A stretch of DNA of 64,000 nucleotides from Eledone cirrhosa (GCA_964016885.1 OZ024755.1:9858001-9922000); one strand, 5' to 3'; positions 26,614-40,536 are shown, numbered from the stretch's first letter. Notes: generated from the letters alone by a model not told the origin. Program-made: numbers and translations.

Positions 26614-27456
26614 GTAATATTTCTTTTTTTCTGTATTCTTTATTTCTAAAGACTGTCTCGAGTTCGGAGACTCATCAGGCTGGTGCTTATCTCGGTTTCT
26701 GTGGCTTTAAGCAACTGAGAATACAAGACTCCTCCCTGGACAGGACACCAGTCCATCACAGTGTTAAACTCCCAGCTATTGCTGGTACTCATTTTCAGCT
26801 ACTGGAGCAATGTGAAATGAAGTTTTTTGCTTAAGAACACAACCCAGTCCAGGAATTGAAACCATCACATTATGATCATAAGTCCAGTACTAGGCCAAGC
26901 GCTTCCACAGTATTCTTTATTTACAGATGACTAATTGGCAGAGTCATTAAAGCATTATTGTGATATTTTTTCTGGCTTCGTGTGTTCTGAGTTCAAATCC
27001 TGCTGAGGTCAATTTTGTCTGTCATGCTTTTGGAGTTGATAAAATATAGTACCAGACCAAAACAGTGGCAAAACAACATTTGTTACAGCATTGGATTGCA
27101 TGACTCAGTATTTGATCCAGCTTTCTGCATTCTGAGTTCAAATCCTACTGAAGTTAACTTTGTTTTTCCTTCTTTCAAAGCTGATAAATAAATTCTAATC
27201 CAGAGGTGAAGGATTTGTGGAATTGTTAAATAGTCAGATGGGGTGCTTTGTCCTATAGGATCTGGCTCAAATCCCACCTCTTGTTATAGGAGAAGTAGTG
27301 ACACTTACTTCTATCATGAGTTGTGACAACTGACAGATAGTATCAGCAATGGAAAGACAAATGAAAACATTGTTTCCTTGGTCAGATTTGATGATAGGCT
27401 CCTTTCTTTTCCTTATTTGTGACCAATACTTTAATAATTGATATTTATTTTTGCAG

Positions 27457-27965
27457 GTATCCACTATTTTGCTGACATGTACACCTGTATAGAACTTGAA
27501 GCCACAGCCCGTCACTACATTTACCAGAACTTTCTAGATGTGATACGTACCGAAGAATACCTGCAATTATCTGAGGAACGCTTATTAGATTTGCTCAACA
27601 GTGATAAGCTACAAGTAACAAGTGAACACCAAGTGTTTGAAGCTGCATGTCACTGGCTGCAGTGCGATCTAATACACCGTTCACATGTTGCGTGCCGTTT
27701 TCTACAAGCCATTAAACTGGCTCTGTTAGATATGGAATATCTGCAAAATATTGTAAGTCAGTCTGATTGGGTTCGAAATTGTCGGAAATGTCAGATCAGG
27801 GTGAACAAGGCACTGATGATGAAACAGAACAGTAAAGCATTAGAACTGATCACTCCCCGTGCTCAGCCACCAAGTATTTATGTGATAGGAGGACGCAACA
27901 GTATTGACTCACAGTTAAAAAGTGTTGAGCGATATGACTTCTTAATAGACCAGTGGTCAACTGTG
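27457..27965 (+). CDS. Kelch-like protein exon, BACK domain and kelch repeat 1
   Basis: ttgcag / gtaagt; EEYLQLS...SEHQVFEAACHW...IYVIGG...VERYD. Confidence 0.95.
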
Positions 27966-28335
27966 GTAAGTTGATTTTAAAGTTGTTTTCTTACTGCAAA
28001 TATTGTAAATATTTATCTGTGAAAGGCGGATGCAATCTATAGTTTAATGTTTTTCATTGTATTTTTTTTTTTATTTGCAACCCACACCTCTGCAGGTTTA
28101 GCTGGCTTATAAGTTTGTATCTGATAGGAGGTTTCTCGAATGTTTTAATGATAGGGGCCCTATCAATAAAACACCAAAGAAACCTATGAGATACAACTTC
28201 ATAGGAGGTCAAGTAAATCGACTTAGGTATGAGCTGTAACAACAACAACTATTATGTCTGAAATGAGATAGGTCAGATTAAACTCATCTTGCTCATGTTC
28301 CATATATGTCTAATATTTTTACATTTTTATTTCAG

Positions 28336-28564
28336 CCTAGCATGAACATAGCACGGACAGCTGTGAGTGCAACAAGCTATAATGGACTGCTTTATGCTGT
28401 TGGTGGAGAGTGTGCTTTGGCAGATACTCCTGATGACACATTATATCTACGTTGTGTAGAGTGTTACGATCCTGTCCTTAAACAATGGGATTTGAAACCT
28501 GAACTCAAAATTGCTCGGTCATTTATTGCTATGGCATCGGTCGGTGGATTTCTCTATGCTATAG
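28336..28564 (+). CDS. Kelch-like protein exon
   Basis: tttcag / gtaagg; LYAVGG...VECYDP...W kelch repeat. Confidence 0.95.
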
Positions 28565-29840
28565 GTAAGGCTCAGGTGAACAGTTTAACCATTTTGTTAC
28601 CAGATTTCAAATGAAAAGCAACGCCTACGATTTTCAAATAATTTTGAAAATAATCAAGAATTTTGAGGGATTGATTGATATATCTAACTTAATATTAAGC
28701 TGGTGTTTCGAACATAACTTAACAAAGGTTCTGACACAAAATTATGATGGAAGGTTTTTAGATAAATCTAGGTATTTGGTTGAGAATAAGTGCACCATAT
28801 CCCAGTGTGTCAAACATATAAAAAGAAAATGGTGGACTGTCTAGTGTTACAGTGTTGTACTGGTAGACTGTGTTGTGTTACAGTGTTTGTACTGGTAGAC
28901 TGTGTTGTGTTACAGTTTGTACTGGTAGATTGGTCCTTTGGAAATCACTAAATATTGCAGGATTGTTTTGATTAGTTTGTCTTAGTTGTTTGTATCTCAG
29001 TGTATTTTTTTTTTTTTGTTCAAATGATGTCACAGTCTTGGCCATGTAGCCTTTGTTCCAATAAAAAATGAAGTTAATGAGAAAATAGGAAATAAAAATA
29101 ATTTCCATGTTAATTATTATCACTTCAAGTGTTTGAATGTACAATTTAGGTAACAGCTTGTGTATAATTTATATTGAATTCATTTAAACTAGACATGTTT
29201 TAGTGTCATTTATTTGTACATATGTAGAAATAAATCTATATATTGAACAGTTTGGGAACGTAACAAGCATAAAGTAAAATGTATTTAGTTTTGTTATTAT
29301 GGCGTGTATGTATTTATGAATGTATGCTGTCTTGACCAATCATATAGTTTCAGGGTATCTTGATCAATCACATAGTTTTATACTATCTGGCCAAAACCAG
29401 CTTTGTTTTAATGAAACAAAACCTAGCCAAAACCAGCTCTAGTTCTATGAAAGAAAACCAATTATTTTAATGGGTTCATATTTAAATTAAAATCTTCCAT
29501 AATTTGATATAAGATCCTTTTATTATGCTCTGAGTATCATTTTAATAATGCAATAATTAATAATTTTTGTAAATCCTTCCAAATTTTTAATTAATTAAAT
29601 GAAATACTTCATATTTCATTAGAAATGTGGTCGTCATTGACATCGCCACCATCGTCTTCTTTTTCTTTTTCTTTTTCTTTTTCTTCTTTAGGAAGTACTA
29701 GTCAATAATGATAATAACAACAAATATTAAATTAAATACTGTTATTAATTATTGTATTATTTTATTTATATATATATCCTACTATTTGTTTTTACTATGA
29801 ATAATTTTTGTTTTTGTTATTCTACATTTATTTTTGTTAG

Positions 29841-29981
29841 GTGGAGAAGACCGATCATGTAGTTACAACATAGTGGAAAGATACAATCCTCGCAAAGATC
29901 AGTGGTCATTTGCACCAAGTTTAAAACGCAGAAGGGCAGGTGCTGGTGTAACTGAATGTGATGGAAAGATATTTGTTGCTG
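29841..29981 (+). CDS. Kelch-like protein exon
   Basis: tgttag / gtcagt; GGEDRSCSYNIVERYNPRKDQW. Confidence 0.93.
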
Positions 29982-31827
29982 GTCAGTCTAATTCTCCACT
30001 AATTCATTGTGTTATCTCAGTAGTGTATTTCTATATCATCATCATCAACTTAGTATTCTATCATCATCATTGTTTTATTGTCTGCTTTCCCTGCTAGCAA
30101 GCAAGGGTTGGATGGGTCTACATAGACCAAGTCAGTACTGAAGCGGGGATGCTGATCTCCTGGATAGGCGAGGAATCTGCATCTTGCTTATGTGTGGTTT
30201 CATGTTCTACCGAGTACACAGGGGAGGATGTCATGTCTATGATACAACCACATTAACAACTAGAAATATTATATAAAATTTATTTATATTTGTTAAAATT
30301 TTATGTAATTAAATTTCTAAAATAGGAAAAAAATTAAGTTTTTAATTCCCAACCCTTTGTTTGGCAAGCTTTCAATGGCTTGATGCCCTTCCTATTAAAA
30401 ACCACTTTATAACATATACCGGGAACATTTATAGTGTAGATCATCACCAACAAAAGAAGAGTAGACTATAAATCATTATAATATATACACAAGAACAGTG
30501 AATTGGCAGTATCGGTAGAGGGTTGGACTCCATGCTTTCTAGCATAGTTACGCCCCTTTATGGTCTGAGTTCAAATTCCATCGAGTTTAACTTTGCCTTT
30601 CATCCTTATGGGGTCGATAGAATAAAGTATCAGTAATCATTCATCATTTCATTTCATTTTACGTCCGCTTTTCCCTGCTTGCAAGGGTGGGACGGGAACT
30701 GATTCTGGCTTGATTTCTACAGCTGGATGCCCTTCCTAACACCAACCTCATTTCTACAGCTGAGTAAACTGGAGCAATGTGAAATAAAGTGTCTTGCTCA
30801 AGGAAACAACACATCACCCGGTCTGAGAATTGAACTCACAACCTTTCGATTGCAAGGCCAATGCTCTAACCACTGAGCCATGTACTGAGTAATTGCTGGC
30901 CTTGTGCCAAAAGTAGAAACAATTATAATATACACACATATATTATCGGCGAGATTTATTTATAATAATAGTTTCTAATTTAGCAGTTACCCCCTGCAAT
31001 GGCCTGACCTCCAGTCAGGAAGAGTGTTTTCCATGATAGGACTGGAGCCCATATCATTTAAATACCCCAAAACCCCCTATGTGATGTAACATCATTAGAG
31101 GCCAGCTCAACCTACAAATGTGTAAGCTGTACCAATAGTATGATGGCACTGGAACCCCTATCATTTACTCTCACAAGAAACATCACATGAGATATAACCT
31201 CGTAAGAGGCCAGCTATACCTACAAAGGTGTGGGTTGTGACAACACTATTATAGGACTAGAGCCCCTATTATTTAAGAAACTTCCTATGAGATATAACCT
31301 CATAAGAGGTCAACTAAACCTACATAGGTGTGAGCTGTAACAACAATAACAATATAGTGAAGTAGACAAGTTAAATATTTTTACTAATACATTTTAGCAA
31401 AACATATTAACCGTCAGCTAATCAAGAGTGATAAAAGAACATACAACCAGGTTGTAAAGAAGGTTTTTTGTCCTTCTTCAACACAAGGTAGATAACTCAC
31501 TTTCTCTTCGATTTCTTTAGTGTGTCGGGCCTCTGTTAGTTCAGATCACGAGTGTTCCTGTTGTTTGATCAATGGAATAGCCTGCTTGTGAAATTAATGT
31601 GTAAGTGGCCGAACATTGCACAGTCACGTGTATCCTTATCATAATTCTCAGGGAGATTCAGCATGACTGTGTGACATTGGTGTCCTTTTGAATTACTGTC
31701 AGTTTTAATATTACACTTACTCCATCATGTCAGTCTGTCTGTCTCTCTGCCTATCAGTCTGTCAGTTTTGTCTGTTTGTCAGGTCTAACTCATCCCATCA
31801 CTGAGATTTCTGATCTTCAATTTACAG

Positions 31828-32020
31828 GAGGCTATGACAAATCATTACACATGGATCGTGCAAGTGTCGAATGTTTTGACCCCGAGACAGAAGAGTGGAC
31901 ATTAGTGGCTGAAATGGAGAAACCTCGATCAGGACTTGTACTCATGGCTATTGATCATTATATTTATGCCTTTGGAGGACGTTGTCGGCATACGGATCGG
32001 TATTTTGACATCGTTGAAAG
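31828..32020 (+). CDS. Kelch-like protein exon
   Basis: ttacag / gtaaga; GGYD...VECFDPETEEW...IYAFGG. Confidence 0.95.
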
Positions 32021-33035
32021 GTAAGATACATTTTTCACAGGGTCTTTCATATCATCACCATCATCATAACCACCACCACTACCACCATCATCATCATTTC
32101 ATTTTTACATCCATTAAGGTGGGCATGGCAAAATCTGGTAACCCAGCTCCTTTAATTTTGGGAGAATGATTTAAGAAGTGTGTGGTCAAATGTTGCCATA
32201 CAGCAGAATTTGTTCATCTCTGTAATGGATGTTTTGATTTCAGGTTTTCGTGCCTAAATCTTAATCTCCTAACTGTATCAGTTCTTAGATATTTATTCCC
32301 TTTGTTGCAAAAACAATTGGGGTGGGGGTAGGAGTGATGTCTTTTGCAAGTCACCATATAGACACCATAACCTGTGGATATATTGGTGTGAAGATTTACA
32401 GTTAACTTAAAGAAACACTTTAATGTACAGTGAGATATTGTAATATTGCTGAGAGAGGAACTATGAATTGCAGAAATGAGAGGGATAGAACCAGTGATGA
32501 ATGTTGTGAAGAGAAATGGAATGAGATGGCTGCATCATGTGTTGAGGAAGAATGAAAGTGACTGGGTGAGAGGAGTGATGGAAATGAATATGGAAGGAAG
32601 TAGAAGAAAAAGAAGAGCAAGAAAAACAATGCTTAAAATGATGGGGGAAGAAATGAAAGCCTGGAGTAATGGGTAATGCAGACAATAGGGAAAAGTGGAG
32701 AAGCTCTTTCATGGGGCCCCCATGGCTAACCTGTTGCTTTCCTAACCACTACAATTTGCAAAAGTTCCAAAGCAGCATCAATTGCCATCTTCTCTGTTCT
32801 TCAATTAAGTTCTCTCTTTTCATTGTCCCTTCTCAGTAACCCCTTGCATTTTAGTGGTTTTATTGTCACTTTTCTCTTCCCAGTAACCCCTTACATTTCA
32901 GTGGTTTTATTGCCTTGCTTGTGGGTGAGTAAATTAAAAAAAGCAAAGTAAAACAAAAAAAAGCAACAACAAATTTTAATATATTTTCCGAAAGTATCTT
33001 TCATACTCTAATTGTGTATATCTATCTATTTATAG

Positions 33036-33258
33036 GTACAATACCGTTACTCGACAGTGGAGCAACATTGCATCAATGAACACATCTAGGGCTTGGCCAG
33101 GAGTTACAGTATTTGACGGACGAATATACGTGCTGGGAGGTTTTGATGGATCTTGTCGCCTACGAACTGCTGAGATGTATGATCCAGACACGGATCAGTG
33201 GACTTATATAAGTAGCATGATTATTCCGCGGGCTGGGTGCAGTTCAGCTGTAGTATAA
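33036..33258 (+). CDS. Kelch-like protein last exon
   Basis: ttatag acceptor; IYVLGGFDG...AEMYDPDTDQW...RAGCSSAVV*; joined CDS is 1695 nt (564 aa, 6 kelch repeats). Confidence 0.95.
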
Positions 33259-34055
33259 ATAAATAAAACAAAGAAATAAAGAAAGAAATAAAAGATTTTT
33301 TTTTTCAACCACATCTGGACAAATATGGCAATCGATCAGTTGTATAATTTAAAAGATTTTTTTTTTTTTGTTCTTTTATTTTTTTTATGTGTTGGTTGAA
33401 TCATGGACAAAAAATGACTTACAGCAGAGAAACAGTGCAAGCAGAGAATGTAGGTCTGCAGCAATTGTATAAATAAAAGCCTTTTATTAGTAGAATTTAA
33501 AAAAAAAAATTTTTTTTTTTCAAAAGAAAAACAAAAACATGACAATTTTTTTTCTTTTAATGAAACAATCTTAGCACTTCAACATATCATGCAAAGAAAA
33601 CAAAAGGAAACTCCACAATTTCTTCCTGAACTTTGGTATAAGATTTTTATATTATTTTCAATGATATAGTTGCTGTGTTTCAAACTTCACCCACCAGCAG
33701 TCTTTCAAAGCAAACTGTCTTTTCTTTCAATTTAAACATTTTTTTAAAAATTCAGTAATGTTCTTTTTTAAATTATTATCATTACTACTACTACTACTGC
33801 TATCATTATTATTATCATTATTATTATTATTATTATTATTATGATTATTCAATGCTAATTTTGTGCCTGCTTTTGTCAGCTTGTTGCTAAAAAAAAGAAG
33901 ATAATTAATTCTTTGTATTATGTTTATTATATCAATACATCTGTATGTTCTTTTATTTTTATAACTAGTGATTCTTCCCTTCTGAAAATTGTACTTGACT
34001 GGAAAAGCTCTTTCATGCTGTAAACTCTTCATGTTAGCTTTTTCTAGAATATTCT

Positions 34056-34062
34056 TAATAAA
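34056..34062 (+). terminator. Candidate poly(A) signal of the Kelch-like gene
   Basis: AATAAA at the end of an A/U-rich tract after the stop; other AATAAA near 33258 and 33472. Confidence 0.35.
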
Positions 34063-34619
34063 GCCCCAAAACAAAAGCAGAGAACTCTGTTTCTAGAGAC
34101 TTCATATTAGCTCACACAAGCTGAAGCAATTCAATGCATTCCATTATATCATATCTGCCTCATACCACCACCATCTACCACATTATATCATGTACCATAT
34201 TTCGTCATGTACCACATTCCACCGCCATCTACCATATTATATCATGTACCACATTACACCATGAACCACATCTCTCCATGTACCACATTACTCCATATAT
34301 CACATTGTATCTAGTACCATGTTACACCATGTACCACATCTCACCATGTACCACATTTTATCTTACCTTTGCTAGCAGGGAAAATAGATGTTAATTGATG
34401 ATGATACTACTCTTCACCAAGTACCACATTACATTAAAACACACATTACCTCCTTTTCTAAATTATACCATGTACCATGTTGCATAATATATTACATTGC
34501 ATTACATCAATATCTCATGTAGCCTATTACATGTGTCCTGTCATGTTGCACAATATATAATGTTACACCAGTGTCTCATCATATTGCTTCATGTAGTCTT
34601 TTATATCATCTATTGTGTT

Positions 34620-34990
34620 GTATGGATTGCAGAGGATGATGGGAATAGAACTAATGATGAATGTTGAGAAGAGAAATGGAATTACATGGTTGGGTCATGT
34701 GTTGAGGAAAGATGAAAGTGACTGGGTGAGAGGAATAGAGCCAGTGATGAATGTTGTGAAGAGGAATGGAATGGTTGGATCATGTGTTGAGGAAGGATGA
34801 AAGTGACTCGGGGAAGAGGAGGATGGGAATGAATGTGAAAGGAAGTAGAGGAAGCAGAAGATCAAAATATGACTAAGGATGATGGAGGAGGAAATGAAAG
34901 CCAGAGGTTGGTGGTGGGGGTATACAGACAATATGGAAAAATGGAGAAGCTTATGATGGGGCAAGCAAGACCACCCCCTGTTTTAGCAGT
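34620..34990 (+). mobile_element. LINE 3' fragment family; other copies near 490-660 (-), 3575-3640, 7040-7240 and 32440-32740
   Basis: Recurrent NVVKRNGMRWLGHVLRKDESDWVRG-like RT C-terminal motif. Confidence 0.7.
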
Positions 34991-35681
34991 GAATTTTGCC
35001 TCTAAAATGCTTGTTGCTTTATTGTATGTTGTTATAGTACTGTAGAATATTCCAGATCCATGACATTACATGTGTGTACCAATATATGATATATCTACCT
35101 CCATATTATCATATGTCATATAACAAACAGCCACATTAAATCATAGCTTCTAGTGTATCGTGTTACATTTAAAACTATGTTGCATCATATGTGGCCTTAA
35201 TTATCTTGTTGAGGCAAGATACTTCACTTCATGTTGCTTTTCATGATAGGGGTGGGGCCTCTATCATAAAAACACCCGAGATGCAACCTCGTACAAGACC
35301 AGCTAAACCTGCATAGGTTTGAGCTGTAACAATAACATGATTTGACTATGTCCTCTATCATTAAAACACCTGAGAAACCTCCTATGAGATACAGCCTAAT
35401 AGGAGACTAAAACCTGCCAAAAGGAACATAATTTCCTTGGTTTCTACTGCAGATCAGCTCCTTTCTTATTTCCATCCTCTTTTTTTTTACCTTGAAATAT
35501 AAAACAATTTTGATAGCTGCAACTCGATTTCAAGTGATGTTATCGCTTGCTGAGCATCTCAGACGTGGCTTTTTAGCCCTGCTAGGGACTTGCCTATGGC
35601 CAGCAATACCATGCATCGCAAAAACGTCAGATATTAAGCAATGCCTGTACTTGAAGCTTTTTTTAAGTGAGGAAAGGCTTT

Positions 35682-35717
<36 letters not shown>

Positions 35718-36774
35718 AAAGCCAGCGACTATTCCAGAAAAAGCAATAACAAATATTACCTTTCAGACAGTGGCTAGTGATGCTCAGATGCTGATTCATG
35801 GTGATGGTGGTGATGCTGATAGTGGAGTCATGGATGAAGATGATGGTGGAGATAATTATAACCAGGTGTACACTAGAGATTGTCAGGTAATCATCAAATT
35901 ATCCAGGTGTATCAAATCATAGTCTATTTTTAGTGTAAATATTAACCCACCTCATACCAAACAGCCTGGAATTGCAACTAGTTCTACGATACAAAAATAA
36001 AAACTTTTAAATGGATTATATTTATCCTAAAACCCTCCATCATAATTTTATGTAAGAACCTTTATTGAATTGTGCTCCAAACACCATCTAAATATTGATA
36101 AAGTTTGTTACAATGGAAAATCCTAAAAAATTTATATGGAACCATGTATAGTTTCATATAGTTTGGTATCATAGAACCATGTATAGTTTCATATAGTTTG
36201 GTATCATAGAACCAGGAATGGTTTCATGTGGGTTGGTATCATAGAACCAGGAATGATATGTGGGTTTTTTAGAATAAACACACTATATCCCTGTGCGTTG
36301 TTAGAGGTGACTAAAAGGGTTGGTGTCAAAGGGCATCTAGCTATAAAACATTGTCTCAAAACATCCCTTCCAACCCATGACAGCATAGAAAAGTGGGCAT
36401 AAAAACGATAATAAGCACTTTGAAAAAAAAAAGGAGCTTTGTTTCATAAAACCAGGGTCAGTTACAGACAGTTTTCTGTGAAAAGGGTTAATCCTTTTAT
36501 TGTGTAAACCATTTCTGTTTAATCTGTCTGATATTGATTGGTCTAGCATAAGAATGCTTGCTGGAACTTCCTGATATCAATGGAATCACAACTGGCTGCC
36601 GTGACAATTGGTAAGATGCCAAACTAATGTTTGTTTTATGGAAATATATAAATATTGTAACAGAATCCAGTGAAAAGATTTGACATTGATTCCATATTCA
36701 TATATATGTATGTGTGTGTGTGTAGTATGTTTTCTGGTATATCCTTGCACTTAAATATATATGCACATACATGT

Positions 36775-36808
<34 letters not shown>

Positions 36809-38992
36809 GGCAGGACAAATGTTAAATGTTGATATGTAAATACACATACACACATATATATATATATATTGAGAGAGAGAAATGCATGCACACACAATTA
36901 CACATCTGGTTATACAAGGAAAGCTGACATTAAATTATGATGATGATGGGGTGGTGATTAAGATGATGGCGGTGGTGTAACGATGATAATTATGATGGTG
37001 ATGAAGAGAAGAAATAGTTACAGAAAAGAAGTGAATTCTAAACAAAAAGTCACCGTCACACTGTTGTTTTTAACTGAGTCAGTTGTCAAACAACAGATTA
37101 CTCTCAGACATTATTTCAGAATTACTCAACAAGTTAAGCAGTAATTGTTTCTAGTCGGTAACCATCTTTGTAAGATGGAGTCAATATTACTAAGAAAGGC
37201 TGTCAACTCAAAGACAACCAACCAACCGAAGTTTGAATTAAGGTTGTATAAATATTAACATTAGATACATCGATTTAATGTGAGTGTGTGCCCGTGAAAT
37301 ATATACATATACACAAGGTCAGAACACAAACAAATTAAACTTCCACTGTCACTGACTCCGTTTCTTCCTTTCCCCTGGACAACATGCCTTGCAGCATATA
37401 GTTACGTCCATTTACATTCTGAGTTCAAATCCCGCCAAGGCCAGCTTTACCTTTTACTCTCACGGGGACGATAAAATAAAGTACCAGCAATGTACTGGGG
37501 TCGATTTAATCGACTTTCCCCTCTCATCAAATTGCTGGCCTTGTTCCTATAGTAGAAACCATTATGTGCAAATGGGGGCCCATGCACAGGTTGCTCCACA
37601 GCCATGGTGGACAGAATAGAGAAGGGGTTTTCTCAGAGGATGGTGATGGAGACGTTCTAGAAAAGCCATTCCAGCTCATGAGGTTCACACCTGTGGGTAG
37701 CCAACTCTGTGTCGATAGTGGTGCGTAGGGTGGTGGTCCTAGGGCCAAGGACACCAATGTTCAGGAATAGACAGGCAGGTGGAATGTGTAGAAAGACTAG
37801 ATTGAAAGAAATTGTCATTTAATGTCTGTCTTTGGTATCTGTAGTTCCTTTGGAAAATAGAGTGAAGTATTTTGAGTCCAAGGCTCAGCTTGTTCCTGCT
37901 GGCAGATGGTGCCCACATTCAGGGTTACAGACAATGATGATGATGATGATTAAAAGAGGAGGAGAAAGACTTCAATCTTTTCTACATTCCATCTGCCTGT
38001 CACCCACCTTGTGGATTGTCTCTCTGTTGACCACTGGTCTCTGGTCTCTGTCCTCTGAGACATTATATATCATCTGCCTGTCACCCACCTTGTGGATTGT
38101 CTCTCTGTTGACCACTAGTCTCTGTCCTCTGAGGCATTTTTGCCCATCGCTTTCTTTGACAGCATTTAGCTGTCTTAATGGCTGTTCTAGTGATAAGTTT
38201 TCTCAGTTTTACATGCATTTAAATACACTCTCGCTTCGTTGCAATCAGAGACAACATTGTTTTTCATATATTTTATCTTTAAGATGTCTTATTTACTTTA
38301 ACCTCTCTTTTTCTTTTATTTCACTTTCTATCAGTTTTGTTTTTCCCGCCGTTTCTTCTATCACTTATCTTTCACATCACTATATGCAGAGCTGTTATCA
38401 TTTTAAACTTTATCTTTCCATTGAAATATATGTGTTTTGTGTATGTGTGCATACGTGTGTATATGCATGAATGTGTGTGTGTGTGTGTATGAGTTTGTAT
38501 GCACATGTGTATTTGTATGTGTGTGTGTGTATGCATGTGAGTATGTTTACGTGTGTGAATAGATGTGAGTGTATGCATGTGTATATGTGTCTCTGTGTGT
38601 GTGTATGTGTATTTTTTAACAGTGAAAACATAATGTATCTTATCTGATTGTTTTCAAACTGGCATGCTGCAGCTTGTAAATATGTACTTCATGGTTGATC
38701 ATATCAGATATGATTAGGAAAATTACTTACTAAATACATCCATCTTGTTAAGTTCACTTCTATCTCTATGACATTTTCTCTCTCTCACACACACACATAC
38801 AACACACACACAACATGCACACACACACACACTCACACACACACATACACAACAGACACATTACATGTATGGGCAAGACACAGTTCTTCAACCCATCAGT
38901 CTCAGAGCATGACGACCCGTCCAACCCATTCCAGCATTCTGCCTCATTCACACACACGCACACACACAGACACACATATATATACATATATA

Positions 38993-39205
38993 TAGGAAAA
39001 TGTTCAAGACCCCGACGGCAAAGCTCAAGCCGTTTCGACGGCTATTTCTGAACTGGAATTTCAGTCCAGAAATAGCTGTCGAAATGGGTTGAGCTCTGCC
39101 GTCGGGGTCTTGAACATTTTTCTATTACTCAATCTACTACCCTAAGTATTGAGTATTCTGGTGCGTTATGGTCCACCTGGTTCCTTACCACACTTCCTTC
39201 GTTAT
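38993..39205. mobile_element. Unclassified palindrome-headed repeat in (TA)n; second copy at 57128-57245
   Basis: 132-nt perfect-centre palindrome plus a ~75-nt tail shared with the 57 kb copy. Confidence 0.65.
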
Positions 39206-39616
39206 ACATATATATATAGAGAGATTCCAGAGTTGTGTCAAGGGGGGGGGGGGGTAACCACAGTTAAAAAAGGTACTCAATACATTGGTTTGAGAGTAGT
39301 GAGTTTTGGTAGTTGGTCATCTATGGTAACCGAGTGTCGTCACTTAGCTCAGCGTCAATATGGTTCTGGTGAGGAAACTCACTGCGTGGTTAAAGAGGGC
39401 TGCTTCTGGCCTTGGATGGAAACACAGCAAGCAAAAAGAAGACACCTTGACGACCAATAATGGGATCTCACCCTGTGAATGGCTATCAGTTAACATCCTG
39501 CTTGATACAATTGAACACCAATCAAATATTTTTATCCTCTATCTAATTAATCTAAAGTAATTGATTGAGAGAAGATGTTGATCATTCTTGTTTTGATCTT
39601 CTATCGATCAGTATTA

Positions 39617-39995
39617 TACGAAAGTCGGTTAAAAAGTTCATAGACTGACTAAGATACTCTCATGGAATGGCTAAATGGTGTTTAGTTTTCAACATAGTCC
39701 CTGCAAAGAAGCAATGCAGTTATTAATAAGAAGAGTTGAAATTTATGCATGCAAGATTTCACAGCTCTAGCATCACTCCTATATTGTCATTTTCGTACGT
39801 ATATACTGTATATATGGGGTAAGCTGAGAAGTTCATAGGCTGACCAAGATATTCTCATGGGATGACCAAATGAGGTTTAGTTTTCAACATAGTCCCTGCA
39901 AAGAAGCAATGCACTTATTAATAAGAAGAGTTGAAATTTATGCATGCAAGATTTCACAGCTCTAGCATCACTCCTTCATAGTCAGCATCTTTTCA
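39617..39995. mobile_element. Two tandem Tc1/mariner-type MITE copies; two more at 43720-43890 and 44019-44190 in the opposite orientation
   Basis: Ends resembling TA-(C/T)GA(A/G)GGT..GCTGAAAAGTT and a near-identical ~180-bp body. Confidence 0.75.
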
Positions 39996-40181
39996 CACCT
40001 ACTTTAAACATTACTAGTAAGGCCAATCCAATAGGGGAGCCTCTACATAGTCACTCACCTGGCTTGAAATGGTACTCAGACTTACCTCAAATCATATTCT
40101 TAAAAATACCGGATGGCCATGTCTGGAATGGTGTTTATATATATATATATATATATATGCACATACACCCACACATATAAT

Positions 40182-40215
<34 letters not shown>

Positions 40216-40459
40216 AATATGTGTATGTATGTATATAATGTGTTTGCTCAACCAAGGCTGACCTGTTGCTAAACAACACTTAACATCAACTATTATCATC
40301 ATCATCACCAGACGTTTCAGCTACCACCCACGATCTCATTAAACATTTCTTCAATCACGTTTATTATACACACACACACACATTTCTTCAATCACGTTTA
40401 TTATATACACATATACACACACATATAATATATATATATATATATACATATATATGTAT

Positions 40460-40516
<57 letters not shown>

Positions 40517-40536
40517 CATATGTATATATATATATT

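Noticed and set aside
35767-35886. Possible 120-nt in-frame exon (ag...gt) TVASDAQMLIHGDGGDADSGVMDEDD
   Set aside because: Built largely of degenerate (GAT/GGT)n repeats, with no homology and no partner exons.
39040-39400. Hammerhead ribozyme near the palindrome (GTCGAAA; CTGGTGAGGAAACTC)
   Set aside because: No complete CUGANGA...GAAA core with closing stems on either strand.
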